From Bacteroides sp. (GTDB lineage: Bacteria; Bacteroidota; Bacteroidia; Bacteroidales; UBA7960), in NCBI GenBank assembly GCA_036351255.1, contig JAZBOS010000021.1, positions 20,053 through 84,052 on the forward strand: a stretch of 64,000 nucleotides of DNA, in the 5' to 3' direction. Within the stretch, counting starts at the first letter, position 1; each line of letters opens with the position of its first letter. Made by a program: the position numbers and the translations under genes. Of this stretch, positions 18,965-28,747 are shown in pieces. The notes under the pieces were generated by a model that saw only the letters and a list, made by a program, of their open reading frames with translations, had not been told where the DNA came from and ran no database searches.

Positions 18965-19018
18965 CAACAACCAAACGAAGATAAGCGTTTATCCTAATAT
19001 TTTAAAATTCGGCCTCTG

Positions 19019-19966
19019 ATGCTTTTTCACTCTCCTGAAAGAATTTCCCGCAGTATGCTGAGGCTCGGCCTTGCATTGTCAGTCTTTTGCCTTGGTGCTG
19101 CTCCGGCCTTTTCACAGAAATCTCCGGCACCAACTGAAAATCCTTTTCTCGCGCTTGAAGATTCACTGCATCGTATGGCCATGCAAATTATCGAACCTAC
19201 GGATGACAAGGCTAGGTTAGAACAAAATGCTTTGTTTCAGAAAGCTTTGGAACAAGCCCTGTTGATGGATAGTATCCTCGCCAATCCTTTCGATTCGGTC
19301 CGTACCGTGTCTTTCCTTACCGATCCCAGGGGCGACTTTAGAATCATCACCTGGTACGTGCCTCTGGTCGACGGCACTTATCAGTATTTCGGGTTTATTC
19401 AAACCTCCGCTACCAGGAAACAATCCGGAAAATTGTTTCCGCTTCACGATAAAACCAATGCACTGACGCAGGTATCCTCGCGCCAACTGGGGCAGGACGA
19501 ATGGTATGGTGCCTGGTATTATGAGCTGATCCACCAGCGCCACCGACGCAAGGACTATTACACCCTCCTGGGCTGGAAGGGCGATAATCCTGCTTCCCGA
19601 AAAAGGGTGATCGAACCTTTCCATATAACAGAGGAAGGTCCTGTCTTTGGTGCCCAGGTGTTCGATGGCAGCGAGCGCAAACCCTTCAGGATCATTTTCG
19701 AGTATTCCGCCCGGGTTAGCATGACCCTGAAATATGAGCCCGAGTTTTCCCAGGGGAAAAGGCGAAAAGTGCCTATGATCGTCTTTGACCGGCTGGCGCC
19801 AACCCACGAGACCTTCCAGGGCAACTTCCAGTATTACGTCCCAGAGGTCAATGTGCTCGATGGCTTTCGCTTTCAAAAGGGCCGCTGGAGCCTGGTCCCT
19901 GATGTCGACGCTCGCGTCAGTATCGATCCCGCACTCGTGCCCCTCAACCCTCCACGAAACCCCTAA
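19019..19966 (+). CDS. Hypothetical secreted protein
   Basis: 315-aa ORF with a signal-peptide-like region (MLRLGLALSVFCLGAAPAFSQ, alternative start 19055). I recognise no motifs. The long antisense ORF 19217-20029 is rejected. Confidence 0.55.
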   Translation: MLFHSPERISRSMLRLGLALSVFCLGAAPAFSQKSPAPTENPFLALEDSLHRMAMQIIEPTDDKARLEQNALFQKALEQALLMDSILANPFDSVRTVSFLTDPRGDFRIITWYVPLVDGTYQYFGFIQTSATRKQSGKLFPLHDKTNALTQVSSRQLGQDEWYGAWYYELIHQRHRRKDYYTLLGWKGDNPASRKRVIEPFHITEEGPVFGAQVFDGSERKPFRIIFEYSARVSMTLKYEPEFSQGKRRKVPMIVFDRLAPTHETFQGNFQYYVPEVNVLDGFRFQKGRWSLVPDVDARVSIDPALVPLNPPRNP

Positions 19967-20008
19967 AGAAAACCAATAAATCAGCCGGTTTTTCTTTTTT
20001 GTATGGTA

Positions 20009-20016
20009 TAATTTTG
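20009..20016 (+). promoter_or_regulatory. Bacteroidota-type -7 promoter box (TAATTTTG) upstream of serC
   Basis: TAnnTTTG match. It implies a leader of about 170 nt before ATG 20192. Confidence 0.35.
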
Positions 20017-20191
20017 CCAACTTTGCCAAGGAGATAGTGTGTTCGTTTGGACAACGTATTTGTCCCTGTTTCCTGATGTTTTACTTTATCGGTCGTTTTC
20101 CTTTTTGCTCTGGATAAGAAGGACAGCATAAGAATTAATGGTAAATTTCAACATAGTACTGTTTTTAAATAACTCTTAAATCCCAATCGCA

Positions 20192-21265
20192 ATGAAGAAG
20201 CATAATTTTAGCGCAGGACCCTCCGTATTGGCAAGGGAAGTGATTGAAAACACTGCAAAAGCTGTTCTTGACTTTAATGGAAGCGGGTTGTCCATTATGG
20301 AAATTTCCCATAGGAGCAAAGATTTTCAGGCTGTTATGGACGAAGCTGTAGCCTTATTCAAGGAGTTGCTGAATATCCCCGAAGGTTACCACGTGCTATT
20401 TTTGGGCGGCGGCGCCAGCATGCAATTCAACATGGTGCCCTTTAACCTGCTGAGCAAAAAAGCCGCTTATCTCGAAACCGGCGTTTGGGCCAAAAAAGCC
20501 ATCAAAGAAGCCAAACTCTTCGGCGAAGCAGAGGTTGTTGCTTCTTCCGCTGATAAAAACTTCACTTATATTCCCAAGGGATGGAAGATCCCGGCTGACG
20601 CCGATTATTTTCACATCACCACCAACAACACGATTTATGGAACTGAGATCACCGAAGATTTTGACAGCCCGGTGCCACTGGTGGCCGATATGTCGTCCGA
20701 CATCTTCAGTCGTCCGATTGATGTATCAAAGTATGCCCTGATTTATGGGGGTGCCCAGAAAAACCTCGGACCTGCTGGGGTTACCTTCGTCATCATTCGT
20801 GAAGACATCCTGGGCCAGGTCGAGCGTGTGACCCCCACCATGCTTAACTACAAAACCCACATTGACAACGGCAGTATGTTCAATACTCCGCCCTGCTTGC
20901 CCATATACACCTGCCTGGAAACCCTTCGTTGGCTCAAGAAACTGGGTGGCGTTAAGGTGATGCAGAAAATGAATCATGAAAAAGCCCAGCTGTTGTATGA
21001 CGAGATTGAACGCAACCCCATGTTTGTCGGTACGGCTGAAAAAGATAGCCGTTCGGTGATGAACATCTGCTTCGTATTCAAGCCCGAATACGAAGAACTC
21101 CAGGCCGAGTTTCTGGCATTTACCGGCCAGCGGGGTATGAGTGGTCTGAAAGGCCACCGCTCGGTAGGGGGCTTCAGGGCTTCCACTTATAATGCCTTGG
21201 CTCGCGAGAGCGTCGAGGCCCTCGTCCAGGCTATGCAGGATTTCGAAAAAATCCACGCGAAGTAA
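20192..21265 (+). CDS. serC: Phosphoserine aminotransferase
   Basis: 357 aa, begins [13 protein letters not shown] (typical SerC N-terminus), with class V aminotransferase blocks throughout. Confidence 0.9.
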   Translation: MKKHNFSAGPSVLAREVIENTAKAVLDFNGSGLSIMEISHRSKDFQAVMDEAVALFKELLNIPEGYHVLFLGGGASMQFNMVPFNLLSKKAAYLETGVWAKKAIKEAKLFGEAEVVASSADKNFTYIPKGWKIPADADYFHITTNNTIYGTEITEDFDSPVPLVADMSSDIFSRPIDVSKYALIYGGAQKNLGPAGVTFVIIREDILGQVERVTPTMLNYKTHIDNGSMFNTPPCLPIYTCLETLRWLKKLGGVKVMQKMNHEKAQLLYDEIERNPMFVGTAEKDSRSVMNICFVFKPEYEELQAEFLAFTGQRGMSGLKGHRSVGGFRASTYNALARESVEALVQAMQDFEKIHAK

Positions 21266-21277
21266 TGGTTGAAAAGG

Positions 21278-21303
21278 GCTTTTAAAACCTTTATTTTAAA
21301 AGC
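21278..21303 (+). terminator. AT-rich hairpin between serC and serA (weak terminator or attenuator)
   Basis: GCTTTTAAAA-CCTTTA-TTTTAAAAGC, a perfect 10-bp stem followed by TTTG. No long T-run follows. Confidence 0.3.
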
Positions 21304-21448
21304 TTTGCGCCGCTGTTGCCTTTCCTGTGACGATTGCACTTCAATAACAGGAAGTACATAACAAACAGAATGACAAGGAAGGCGCCGATTGACGCAAGGT
21401 GAGAGAATAAAGGCCTCTGAGTGAAATATAAACCAAAAAATTTATAAC

Positions 21449-22372
21449 ATGAAAAAAGTACTGGTTGCAACCGAAAAGCCTTTTGCGCCCGTGGCAGTGA
21501 ACGGTATTAAGTCCGTTTTGGATGAAACGGGTTATGAATTGATTCTGCTGGAGAAATATACCAGCGTTGACCAGCTGAAAGAAGCTGCCGCTAAGGCTGA
21601 TGCCATGATCATCCGCAGTGACAAGGCTACCCGCGAGGTCATTGAGGCTGCTCCTTCCATCAAGATCATCGTTAGGGCAGGTGCCGGTTACGACAACATC
21701 GACCTTCAGGCTTGTACCGACAAGGGCGTTGTGGCCATGAATACACCAGGTCAAAACTCCAATGCCGTGGCTGAACTGGCTTTTGGCATGATGCTTTACG
21801 CCATTCGCAATGGTTTTAATGGTGCCTCGGGAACCGAGCTCCGCGGGAAAACCCTTGGCATCCACGCCTATGGAAATGTTGGGAAATACGTGGCAATCAT
21901 CGCCAAAGGTTTTGGAATGAAAATCTATGCCTTCGATCCCTTTGTAAAAAAAGAAGATATCGAAAAGGATGGGGTGAATGCAGTGAACACCATCGAAGAT
22001 TTGTACAAGACCTGCCAGTATGTCTCCTTGCACATTCCGGCCAACGACAAGACCAGGAAATCCATCAATTACGACCTCCTGAAACAAATGCCCAAAAATG
22101 GCATGCTGGTCAATACTGCCCGCAAGGAAGTGATTGACGAGGAAGGCCTGATGAAGCTGATGGAAGAACGCGGCGATATCCGCTATGTGTCGGACATCGC
22201 CCCCGACACACGGGCCGATTTTGAAGCCAAATTCCCCGAAAGGGTTGTGTTTACGGCTAAGAAGATGGGCGCCCAGACTGCTGAAGCCAATATCAATGCA
22301 GGTCTGGCAGCTGCCAAGCAAATCGTGTCATTCTTTGAAAAAGGCGACAAGACCTTCCAGGTAAATAAGTAA
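21449..22372 (+). CDS. serA: D-3-phosphoglycerate dehydrogenase (short form) / D-isomer 2-hydroxyacid dehydrogenase
   Basis: 307 aa with D-2-hydroxyacid dehydrogenase blocks (RAGAGYDNIDL, NAD-binding IHAYGNVGKYVA). Sits next to serC. Confidence 0.75.
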   Translation: MKKVLVATEKPFAPVAVNGIKSVLDETGYELILLEKYTSVDQLKEAAAKADAMIIRSDKATREVIEAAPSIKIIVRAGAGYDNIDLQACTDKGVVAMNTPGQNSNAVAELAFGMMLYAIRNGFNGASGTELRGKTLGIHAYGNVGKYVAIIAKGFGMKIYAFDPFVKKEDIEKDGVNAVNTIEDLYKTCQYVSLHIPANDKTRKSINYDLLKQMPKNGMLVNTARKEVIDEEGLMKLMEERGDIRYVSDIAPDTRADFEAKFPERVVFTAKKMGAQTAEANINAGLAAAKQIVSFFEKGDKTFQVNK

Positions 22373-22562
22373 ATAAATAAAAGGCTGTTCGTTTTTTCCT
22401 TTCGGAAAAATTTTAACACCTGCGCTTAGCCCGGTGGAATAGTTTGAAAACCATTTCACCGGGCTTTGCAAAGGGGCCTGAAAAACCCGCCAGTTGATTG
22501 TTTATGGGCGGTATCAGCAGGAACAGCGTCAAGATTGTTAAACCCTTAAATGTAAATGATTA

Positions 22563-23807
22563 ATGGCAATTTTTAAACCTTTCCGGGGCTACCGCCCTCC
22601 AAAGGAGATCGTTAAGGGCCTGGCGTCCCGCCCTTATGATGTGCTTAACTCTGAAGAAGCACGCGCCGAAGCAGGCAACAATCCATACAGCTTTCTGCGT
22701 GTGGTGAAACCCGAAATTGAACTCCCCGAAGACATCGACCTGCATTCACAGCAGGTGTATGACAAAGCCCTTGAAAACTTCAGGAAGTTTATCGAGAAGG
22801 GCTATTTGAAGCAGGATGTTAGCCGTAACTTCTATGTATATGCCCAGACCTGGGGCGAAAAGGTCCAGTATGGCATTGTAGGCTGTGCCGGCGTTGAGGA
22901 TTACCTGAACGGTAACATCAAGAAGCACGAACTGACCCGTCCCGACAAGGAGGAAGATCGTATGAAGCACGTGCGCGTGGTTAATGCCAATGCCGAGCCC
23001 GTATTTTTTACCTATCCTGCCGTGCAGCAGATCGATGCCATCGTGGCAGAGATCACCAAAAACGCTCCTGAGTATGATTTTGTGGCCGATGATGGCTTTG
23101 GCCATAAATTCTGGGTAATTGATGATCAGGAAACTGTACAGACCCTCTCGGAACTCTTTTCTGAGGTGCCTGCATTTTATGTGGCCGACGGTCACCACCG
23201 TACAGCCGCGGCCGCCTTGGTGGGCGCTGAACACAAGAAAAACAATGCCAACCATACCGGGCAGGAAGAATACAATTTCTTTATGGCCGTGGTGTTCCCC
23301 GACAACCAGCTCACCATCATCGATTACAACCGCGTTGTGAAAGACCTGAACGGGCAAACCAAAGAGGAGTTCCTCGCCAAACTCGAAAAGTATTTTGTGA
23401 TCGCGAACAAGGGCGCCAGCGAATACAAACCCGAAAAACTGCACGAATTCAGCATGTATCTCGATGGGGATTGGTATGCCCTCGAGGCCAAGCCCGGCAC
23501 CTTCAACGACAACGATCCAATCGGCGTACTCGATGTTACCATCCTGTCCAATCTCGTGCTTGATGAGATTCTGGGCATTAAAAACCTGCGTACCGACAAA
23601 CGTATTGATTTTGTAGGCGGCATCCGCGGCCTCGGCGAACTTAAACGGCGCGTCGACAGCGGCGAAATGGCCGTGGCCTTCGCACTCTACCCAGTTAGCA
23701 TGAAGCAATTGCTCGACATTGCCGATACCGGCAACATCATGCCTCCGAAAACCACCTGGTTCGAACCCAAGCTACGCAGCGGTCTGGTGGTACATACCCT
23801 TGATTAA
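22563..23807 (+). CDS. DUF1015 domain-containing protein
   Basis: 414 aa. Begins MAIFKPFRGYRPPKE and contains the YVADGHHR block, which I recognise as typical of DUF1015. Function unknown. Confidence 0.65.
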   Translation: MAIFKPFRGYRPPKEIVKGLASRPYDVLNSEEARAEAGNNPYSFLRVVKPEIELPEDIDLHSQQVYDKALENFRKFIEKGYLKQDVSRNFYVYAQTWGEKVQYGIVGCAGVEDYLNGNIKKHELTRPDKEEDRMKHVRVVNANAEPVFFTYPAVQQIDAIVAEITKNAPEYDFVADDGFGHKFWVIDDQETVQTLSELFSEVPAFYVADGHHRTAAAALVGAEHKKNNANHTGQEEYNFFMAVVFPDNQLTIIDYNRVVKDLNGQTKEEFLAKLEKYFVIANKGASEYKPEKLHEFSMYLDGDWYALEAKPGTFNDNDPIGVLDVTILSNLVLDEILGIKNLRTDKRIDFVGGIRGLGELKRRVDSGEMAVAFALYPVSMKQLLDIADTGNIMPPKTTWFEPKLRSGLVVHTLD

Positions 23808-23832
23808 GTTTTTTTATTATCTTTCCCTTTAT

Positions 23833-23870
23833 GGGGCCGGTCGTTAAGGCTGGCCCCAATTTTTTGTTTT
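23833..23870 (+). terminator. Rho-independent terminator after DUF1015 gene
   Basis: GGGGCCGG-TCGTTAAGG-CTGGCCCC stem followed by AATTTTTTGTTTT. Confidence 0.7.
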
Positions 23871-23948
23871 CGGGTGTAAGTAATTGATAATAAGTATCAT
23901 TAACCTGTTTTCCGACTGGCTTTTTTGTTATCGGATTCATACCATCTT

Positions 23949-24004
23949 CGGAGTTAATACGGAGTTTATACGGTTTAAACCGTATAAACTCCGTATTAAC
24001 TCCG
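23949..24004. repeat. Perfect 56-bp palindrome built from 11-bp tandem units
   Basis: CGGAGTTAATACGGAGTTTATACGGTTT|AAACCGTATAAACTCCGTATTAACTCCG. I checked all 28 base pairs position by position. The arms consist of 11-bp direct repeats (CGGAGTTWATA). A further partial unit, GTATTAACC, follows at 24004-24012. Confidence 0.95.
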
Positions 24005-24119
24005 TATTAACCATAAAGGTGAAGCGACCTATCTAATCCCTTAAATTAGCTGGCGAGGCATACAGGATATAAAAGGAAAAAACTTTTTTCGCGGGATTTT
24101 TTATTCAGAAAATATTTTT

Positions 24120-24127
24120 TATCTTTG
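24120..24127 (+). promoter_or_regulatory. Bacteroidota-type -7 promoter box (TATCTTTG) upstream of rpmE
   Basis: TAnnTTTG followed by C, preceded by a T-rich tract. 154 nt upstream of ATG 24282. Confidence 0.45.
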
Positions 24128-24281
24128 CAGTCCTGAAAAAACAAGCCGTGAAGGCTTTCAGGAAAAGAAAAAGAATAAAGCATCTAAAAGGGCTGTTTAA
24201 CAAGAACTTTTGAAGTCACACCCGGGCCATGGGATTCAACACTTCAGGCAGCGGGTGATCTTCAAAAAATTATCAAGTGTT

Positions 24282-24548
24282 ATGAAAAAAGATACCCATC
24301 CAAAAGATTATCGTTTTGTCGTTTTTAAAGACATGTCGAACGACTACGCCTTTATTACGCGTTCAACGGCAGCTACCAAGGAAAGCATCGTTTGGGAAGA
24401 CGGCAAGGAGTATCCTCTGGTGAAACTGGAAATTTCGCATACCTCGCATCCTTTTTATACTGGCAAGCAGCAGCTGGTGGATACCGCAGGCCGTGTGGAT
24501 AAGTTCCGTACCAAATACCAGAAGCATCTCAAGCAGAAAGAAAACTAG
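24282..24548 (+). CDS. rpmE: 50S ribosomal protein L31, type B
   Basis: 88 aa from the internal ATG: [29 protein letters not shown]...HPFYTG. It lacks the CxxC zinc motif, so it is type B. The ORF-track start at 24210 adds an implausible 24-aa extension. Confidence 0.9.
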   Translation: MKKDTHPKDYRFVVFKDMSNDYAFITRSTAATKESIVWEDGKEYPLVKLEISHTSHPFYTGKQQLVDTAGRVDKFRTKYQKHLKQKEN

Positions 24549-24572
24549 CGTTTCTTCACGATACTTTTTAGG

Positions 24573-24600
24573 AAAGCCCTTTTTAAGGGCTTTTTTTTTA
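24573..24600 (+). terminator. Rho-independent terminator after rpmE
   Basis: AAAGCCC-TTTTTAA-GGGCTTT followed by a T-run. Confidence 0.7.
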
Positions 24601-24661
24601 AAATTTTTTCTACCTTTATTCGTCTTTGAGCCTGAAAAAAGAACTTTAAACCAAAACAAAT

Positions 24662-25849
24662 ATGAATTATATCCTCTTTGGTGACCAAACCAGGGAACAC
24701 CTGTTACCCTTTACCTTTTTGCGCCCCCTGGCAGATATCAGGGTGGGAATCCTGACCATTCGCGAGAAATGGGAAAGGCATCTCGGGGCGAAAACCTCTA
24801 CCCTGACCGAGGAATATCTAAGCGGTAAATACCCACTTGTAAAGGAAAAGGACAATGTGCTGATCAATTCCAGTGTGCTGCCTGATGCGCAACTGGTGAA
24901 GGAGATCGGCAAACTGAAACCCAACCAGACCCTGGTCATTGGAGATACACTCATCGCCCACCGTTTGCGGGATGTGGACATCGACAACCTGGATGCCGAG
25001 GTGCTGGAAAAAGTCAGCCCTATGGAGACCAAGGCCGAGGTAAAAAAACTGACTAACCTTTGGGACATTGTAGTGCTCAACGAACAGGCCATTGCCGACG
25101 ACTTTGCCCTGATCACCAAAGGGCGTAAGAGCCAAGCACTGGGTGAGCACGTGCGCGTTATCGCCCCCGAACAGGTCTTCGTGGAAGAAGGTGCAGTGCT
25201 TGAGATGGCTTTTATCAATGCCTCGGAAGGCCCTGTTTATGTTGGTAAGAATGCCCAGGTCATGGACGGTGCTATCCTCAGGGGACCGGTAGCCGTGGGC
25301 GAAGGCTCGAAGATTAGAATGGGGGCCAAGATTTATCCTGGATCTTCCATTGGCCCCTATTGTAAAATAGGAGGCGAGATGAGCCATTCAGTCATCTTTG
25401 GATATACCAATAAAGCTCACGATGGCTATCTTGGCCATAGTGTGATAGGCGAGTGGTGCAACCTGGGTGCCGATACCAATGCATCGAACCTGAAAAACAA
25501 TTATGACGAGGTGCGCTTATGGGATTATGCCGAGCACAGCTTCGTGAACACTGGCCTGCAGTTTTGCGGCACCTTTATGGGCGACCACTCTAAATGCGGC
25601 ATCAATACCATGTTCAACACCGGTACGGTGGTGGGCATCAACGCCCAGATCTTTGGGGCTGGGTTTATGCGTAACTTTATCCCTTCGTTCTCTTGGGGCA
25701 GCGTGGCGGGCTTCAGCAATGTCGATATAAACAAAGCAGTACAGGTTGCTCAAAGGGTGTTTGCCCGCAAAGGCCTTGAATTTGGCGAGCAGGACGAACA
25801 AATCCTGCGCAATGTTTACAATCAATCGTTTAATTACCGCAGGTTGTAG
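24662..25849 (+). CDS. GlmU-like putative sugar nucleotidyltransferase/acyltransferase (left-handed beta-helix C-terminal half)
   Basis: 395 aa. The N-terminus MNYILFGDQTREHLLPFTFLRPLADIRVGILT resembles the alternative bacterial GlmU-like family (TIGR03991, from memory). Hexapeptide-repeat-like segments are seen in residues ~190-330. Confidence 0.55.
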   Translation: MNYILFGDQTREHLLPFTFLRPLADIRVGILTIREKWERHLGAKTSTLTEEYLSGKYPLVKEKDNVLINSSVLPDAQLVKEIGKLKPNQTLVIGDTLIAHRLRDVDIDNLDAEVLEKVSPMETKAEVKKLTNLWDIVVLNEQAIADDFALITKGRKSQALGEHVRVIAPEQVFVEEGAVLEMAFINASEGPVYVGKNAQVMDGAILRGPVAVGEGSKIRMGAKIYPGSSIGPYCKIGGEMSHSVIFGYTNKAHDGYLGHSVIGEWCNLGADTNASNLKNNYDEVRLWDYAEHSFVNTGLQFCGTFMGDHSKCGINTMFNTGTVVGINAQIFGAGFMRNFIPSFSWGSVAGFSNVDINKAVQVAQRVFARKGLEFGEQDEQILRNVYNQSFNYRRL

Positions 25850-25870
25850 CACTTTCAAATTAAAGAACAG

Positions 25871-25904
25871 GGTGCTTTGCTGAACCTGCAAAGCACCTTT
25901 TTTG
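25871..25904 (+). terminator. Rho-independent terminator
   Basis: GGTGCTTTGC-TGAACCT-GCAAAGCACC followed by TTTTTTG. Confidence 0.8.
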
Positions 25905-26130
25905 TTTTATGGCTGACAAATTGATTGGTTTTTCAATAAAAAGCCGCTTGGCACGGCTGTTGTGCCATTATAAAGCATGAAAGAATAAATGTCGCCGAGG
26001 AATTGCTTCGATTTATAACCAGCTGGTTTGAGGGGAGTTGCTTGGTGGCTTTAAGGAAAAGGCTCACCGAATGTTGAGGGTGGGCTGCCTTTTTATCATT
26101 ATAAATGACATTTTGACGTAAAATTTTGTT

Positions 26131-28587
26131 ATGGATAATTTTTTTGAACGAGAAAGCATGTTTTTTTCAGAGATTATGGATGCCGACAGTGAATTCATTC
26201 CCCTGCTCAGTGCAGAGGAGGAGGAACAAATGGCTGCAGAGCAGATCCCTGAAATTTTACCCATACTTCCCTTAAAAAATACAGTTTTATTTCCCGGGGT
26301 GGTAATCCCTATTACGGTGAGCCGCGACAAGTCCATTCGTTTGGTGCGCGAGGTGTATAAAAAGAACCGCGTCATCGGAGTCGTTTCACAGAAGGATTCT
26401 GAAGTGGAGGAACCCGAGTTTGAAGACCTTAACCGCATTGGCACCTATGCCAATATTATCAAAACCCTGCAGATGCCCGACGGGAATACCACGGTGATTA
26501 TACAGGGCAAGAAACGCCTGGAAATCAAGGAACTGGTAACCAGTGAACCTTATTTTAAGGCGCGGGTAGCGGGCTTCGACAGCCAGCTTCGGGTGAAAAG
26601 CAACCAGCAGTTCAAGGCCCTGATTGCCACCATAAAGGACCTTGCCATTCAAATTGTGAAGCTTTCGCCCAATGTGCCCAGTGAGGCAGCCTTTGCCATA
26701 CGCAACATAGAGAGCCCGGCTTTCCTGGTAAACTTCATCTCCTCCAACCTTAACATAGAAAATGCTGATAAGCAAAAGTTGTTGGAGACCCTTGACCTGA
26801 ACGAAAGGGCCAATAAGGTGCTGGAGTACCTGACGAAGGAATTGCAGATGGTGGAACTGAAAAACCAGATTCAGTCGAAGGTAAAGGTAGATATTGATAA
26901 GCAGCAACGCGATTACTTGCTGAACCAGCAATTGAAAACCATCCAGGAAGAGCTAGGAGGGAATCCTTATGATCAGCAGATCGCCGAATTGAAGGAGCGG
27001 GGCAGGAACAAGAAATGGAGCAAGCAGGTGAAGGATGTTTTCGATAAAGAAATCCTTAAATTGCAGCGGATCAATCCGGCTGCCATGGAGTTTTCCATTC
27101 ATTTGAACTACCTTGAGACCTTGGTGGAATTGCCGTGGAATGAATTCTCGAAAGACAAATTTGACCTGAAAAAGGCTCAGCGTGTTCTTGACCGTGATCA
27201 TTATGGTCTGGATAAGATCAAGGAGCGCATTATCGAATACCTGGCGGTGCTAAAACTGAAAGGCAACATGAAGTCGCCGATCCTTTGCTTTGTAGGCCCT
27301 CCCGGGGTAGGGAAGACCTCGCTTGGAAAATCTATTGCCGAGGCCGTGGGGCGCCAGTATATCCGGATGTCGCTCGGGGGCTTGCGCGATGAAGCCGAGA
27401 TCAGGGGGCACCGCAAGACTTACGTGGGGGCCATGCCGGGCAGGATCATACAAAACCTGAAAAAAGCCAAAACCGGTAACCCCGTGTTTGTGCTGGACGA
27501 GATCGACAAGGTGGGCTACCAGACTTTCTCAGGTGACCCCTCCTCAGCCATGCTGGAAGTACTTGACCCGGAACAGAATGTGGCCTTTTACGATAATTAC
27601 CTGGAGGTTGATTACGACCTGTCGAACGTGATGTTTATTGCTACTGCCAACAGTCTGTCGAACATCCAGCCTGCCCTGCGCGACCGAATGGAGATTATCC
27701 CGCTTAGTGGGTATATTGTGGAGGAGAAGGTTGAGATTGCCCGCAGGCATCTTTTACCCAAGCAGCTTACGGAACACGGGATGAGAAAAGATCAGCTGAA
27801 ATTCAGTAAGAAGGTGCTCGAAAAAATCATTGAAGATTACACCCGCGAATCGGGGGTGAGGACACTGGAGAAACGCATTGCCAAGGTAATTCGTGCCAAA
27901 GCCCGTGAGATCGTGCTGGGCGAAACGGTGGATCCCAACCTGAAGGTAGAGGATGTGGAAAAGATCCTTGGCGCGCCGACCTATACCCGCGATCAATCGC
28001 AACTGCATGATTTGGCCGGCGTGATGACCGGATTGGCCTGGACCTGGGCCGGTGGAGAAACCCTTTACATTGAAGTAAGCATTAGCAAGGGCAAAGGGCA
28101 ACTGACGCTGACAGGGAATCTGGGCGATGTGATGAAGGAATCGGCTACCCTGGCCTACGAATACCTGAAATCGAAGGCGCCCACACTGGGAATTGACTCG
28201 AGGGTTTTCGAAAAATACAATGTGCACATGCACATCCCGGAAGGGGCAACCCCAAAGGACGGGCCTTCAGCCGGAATTACCATGTTTGCTGCCCTCACAT
28301 CAGCTTTCACGCAAAGAAAAGTAAAACCTGGTGTTGCCATGACAGGTGAGATCACCCTCCGGGGAAAAGTGTTGCCTGTGGGAGGGATCAAGGAAAAAAT
28401 TCTTGCTGCAAAACGGGCTGGTATCCAGACGGTTATTCTTTCTGAAGAGAACCGAAAGGATGTGGCTGAGATCAATCCCTTATATCTCAAAGGCCTTGAT
28501 TTTGTATATATCCGCGAGATGATCGAGGTGGTTGACCTGGCCATTGGAAAGGGAAAGGTAAAGAAGCCCTTGGTATTTGAGGTTTAA
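26131..28587 (+). CDS. lon: ATP-dependent Lon protease (endopeptidase La)
   Basis: 818 aa with Walker [10 protein letters not shown], the catalytic-serine block [11 protein letters not shown], and a Lon N-terminal domain. Confidence 0.95.
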   Translation: MDNFFERESMFFSEIMDADSEFIPLLSAEEEEQMAAEQIPEILPILPLKNTVLFPGVVIPITVSRDKSIRLVREVYKKNRVIGVVSQKDSEVEEPEFEDLNRIGTYANIIKTLQMPDGNTTVIIQGKKRLEIKELVTSEPYFKARVAGFDSQLRVKSNQQFKALIATIKDLAIQIVKLSPNVPSEAAFAIRNIESPAFLVNFISSNLNIENADKQKLLETLDLNERANKVLEYLTKELQMVELKNQIQSKVKVDIDKQQRDYLLNQQLKTIQEELGGNPYDQQIAELKERGRNKKWSKQVKDVFDKEILKLQRINPAAMEFSIHLNYLETLVELPWNEFSKDKFDLKKAQRVLDRDHYGLDKIKERIIEYLAVLKLKGNMKSPILCFVGPPGVGKTSLGKSIAEAVGRQYIRMSLGGLRDEAEIRGHRKTYVGAMPGRIIQNLKKAKTGNPVFVLDEIDKVGYQTFSGDPSSAMLEVLDPEQNVAFYDNYLEVDYDLSNVMFIATANSLSNIQPALRDRMEIIPLSGYIVEEKVEIARRHLLPKQLTEHGMRKDQLKFSKKVLEKIIEDYTRESGVRTLEKRIAKVIRAKAREIVLGETVDPNLKVEDVEKILGAPTYTRDQSQLHDLAGVMTGLAWTWAGGETLYIEVSISKGKGQLTLTGNLGDVMKESATLAYEYLKSKAPTLGIDSRVFEKYNVHMHIPEGATPKDGPSAGITMFAALTSAFTQRKVKPGVAMTGEITLRGKVLPVGGIKEKILAAKRAGIQTVILSEENRKDVAEINPLYLKGLDFVYIREMIEVVDLAIGKGKVKKPLVFEV

Positions 28588-28635
28588 GGTGGCCTTAAAA
28601 TCTGATTTATAGTTTGTTGTTTGTAGAAAAAATTC

Positions 28636-28643
28636 TACCTTTG
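28636..28643 (+). promoter_or_regulatory. Bacteroidota-type -7 promoter box (TACCTTTG) upstream of rpsA
   Basis: TAnnTTTG followed by C, 104 nt upstream of ATG 28748. Confidence 0.45.
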
Positions 28644-28747
28644 CAATCCCTTTTGAGGGCCTGTAATTCACTTATTGTTTAACCCGGTTGTTCCGGAGAA
28701 TGATTGAGAAACTCCGGAAAACCACAGTATTTAATCACCCTTTTTAA

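Noticed and set aside
19217-20029. 270-aa ORF on the minus strand
   Set aside because: It overlaps almost all of the + strand ORF 19019-19966, which has a promoter box and a signal peptide. Only one can be real, and the + strand model is better supported, though neither has a recognised family.
21341-22321. 326-aa ORF on the minus strand
   Set aside because: It is entirely antisense to serA, whose product has clear dehydrogenase motifs. The antisense translation is low-complexity (G/H/F/I-rich) with no motif. This is a typical shadow ORF.
22746-23708. 320-aa ORF on the minus strand
   Set aside because: It is antisense to the DUF1015 gene. It has no recognisable motifs, and the sense frame has family-typical blocks.
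24667-25387. 183-aa and 189-aa minus-strand ORFs
   Set aside because: They are antisense to the GlmU-like gene. No motifs and no promoter boxes.
25949-25967. Sigma-54-like element TGGCAC-GGCTG-TTGTG about 165 nt upstream of lon
   Set aside because: The -24 TGGCAC is perfect, but the -12 element reads TTGT rather than the conserved TTGC. The same bases also form a simple hairpin (TGGCAC...GTGCCA). There is no enhancer-binding-protein gene nearby. The evidence is insufficient to call a promoter.
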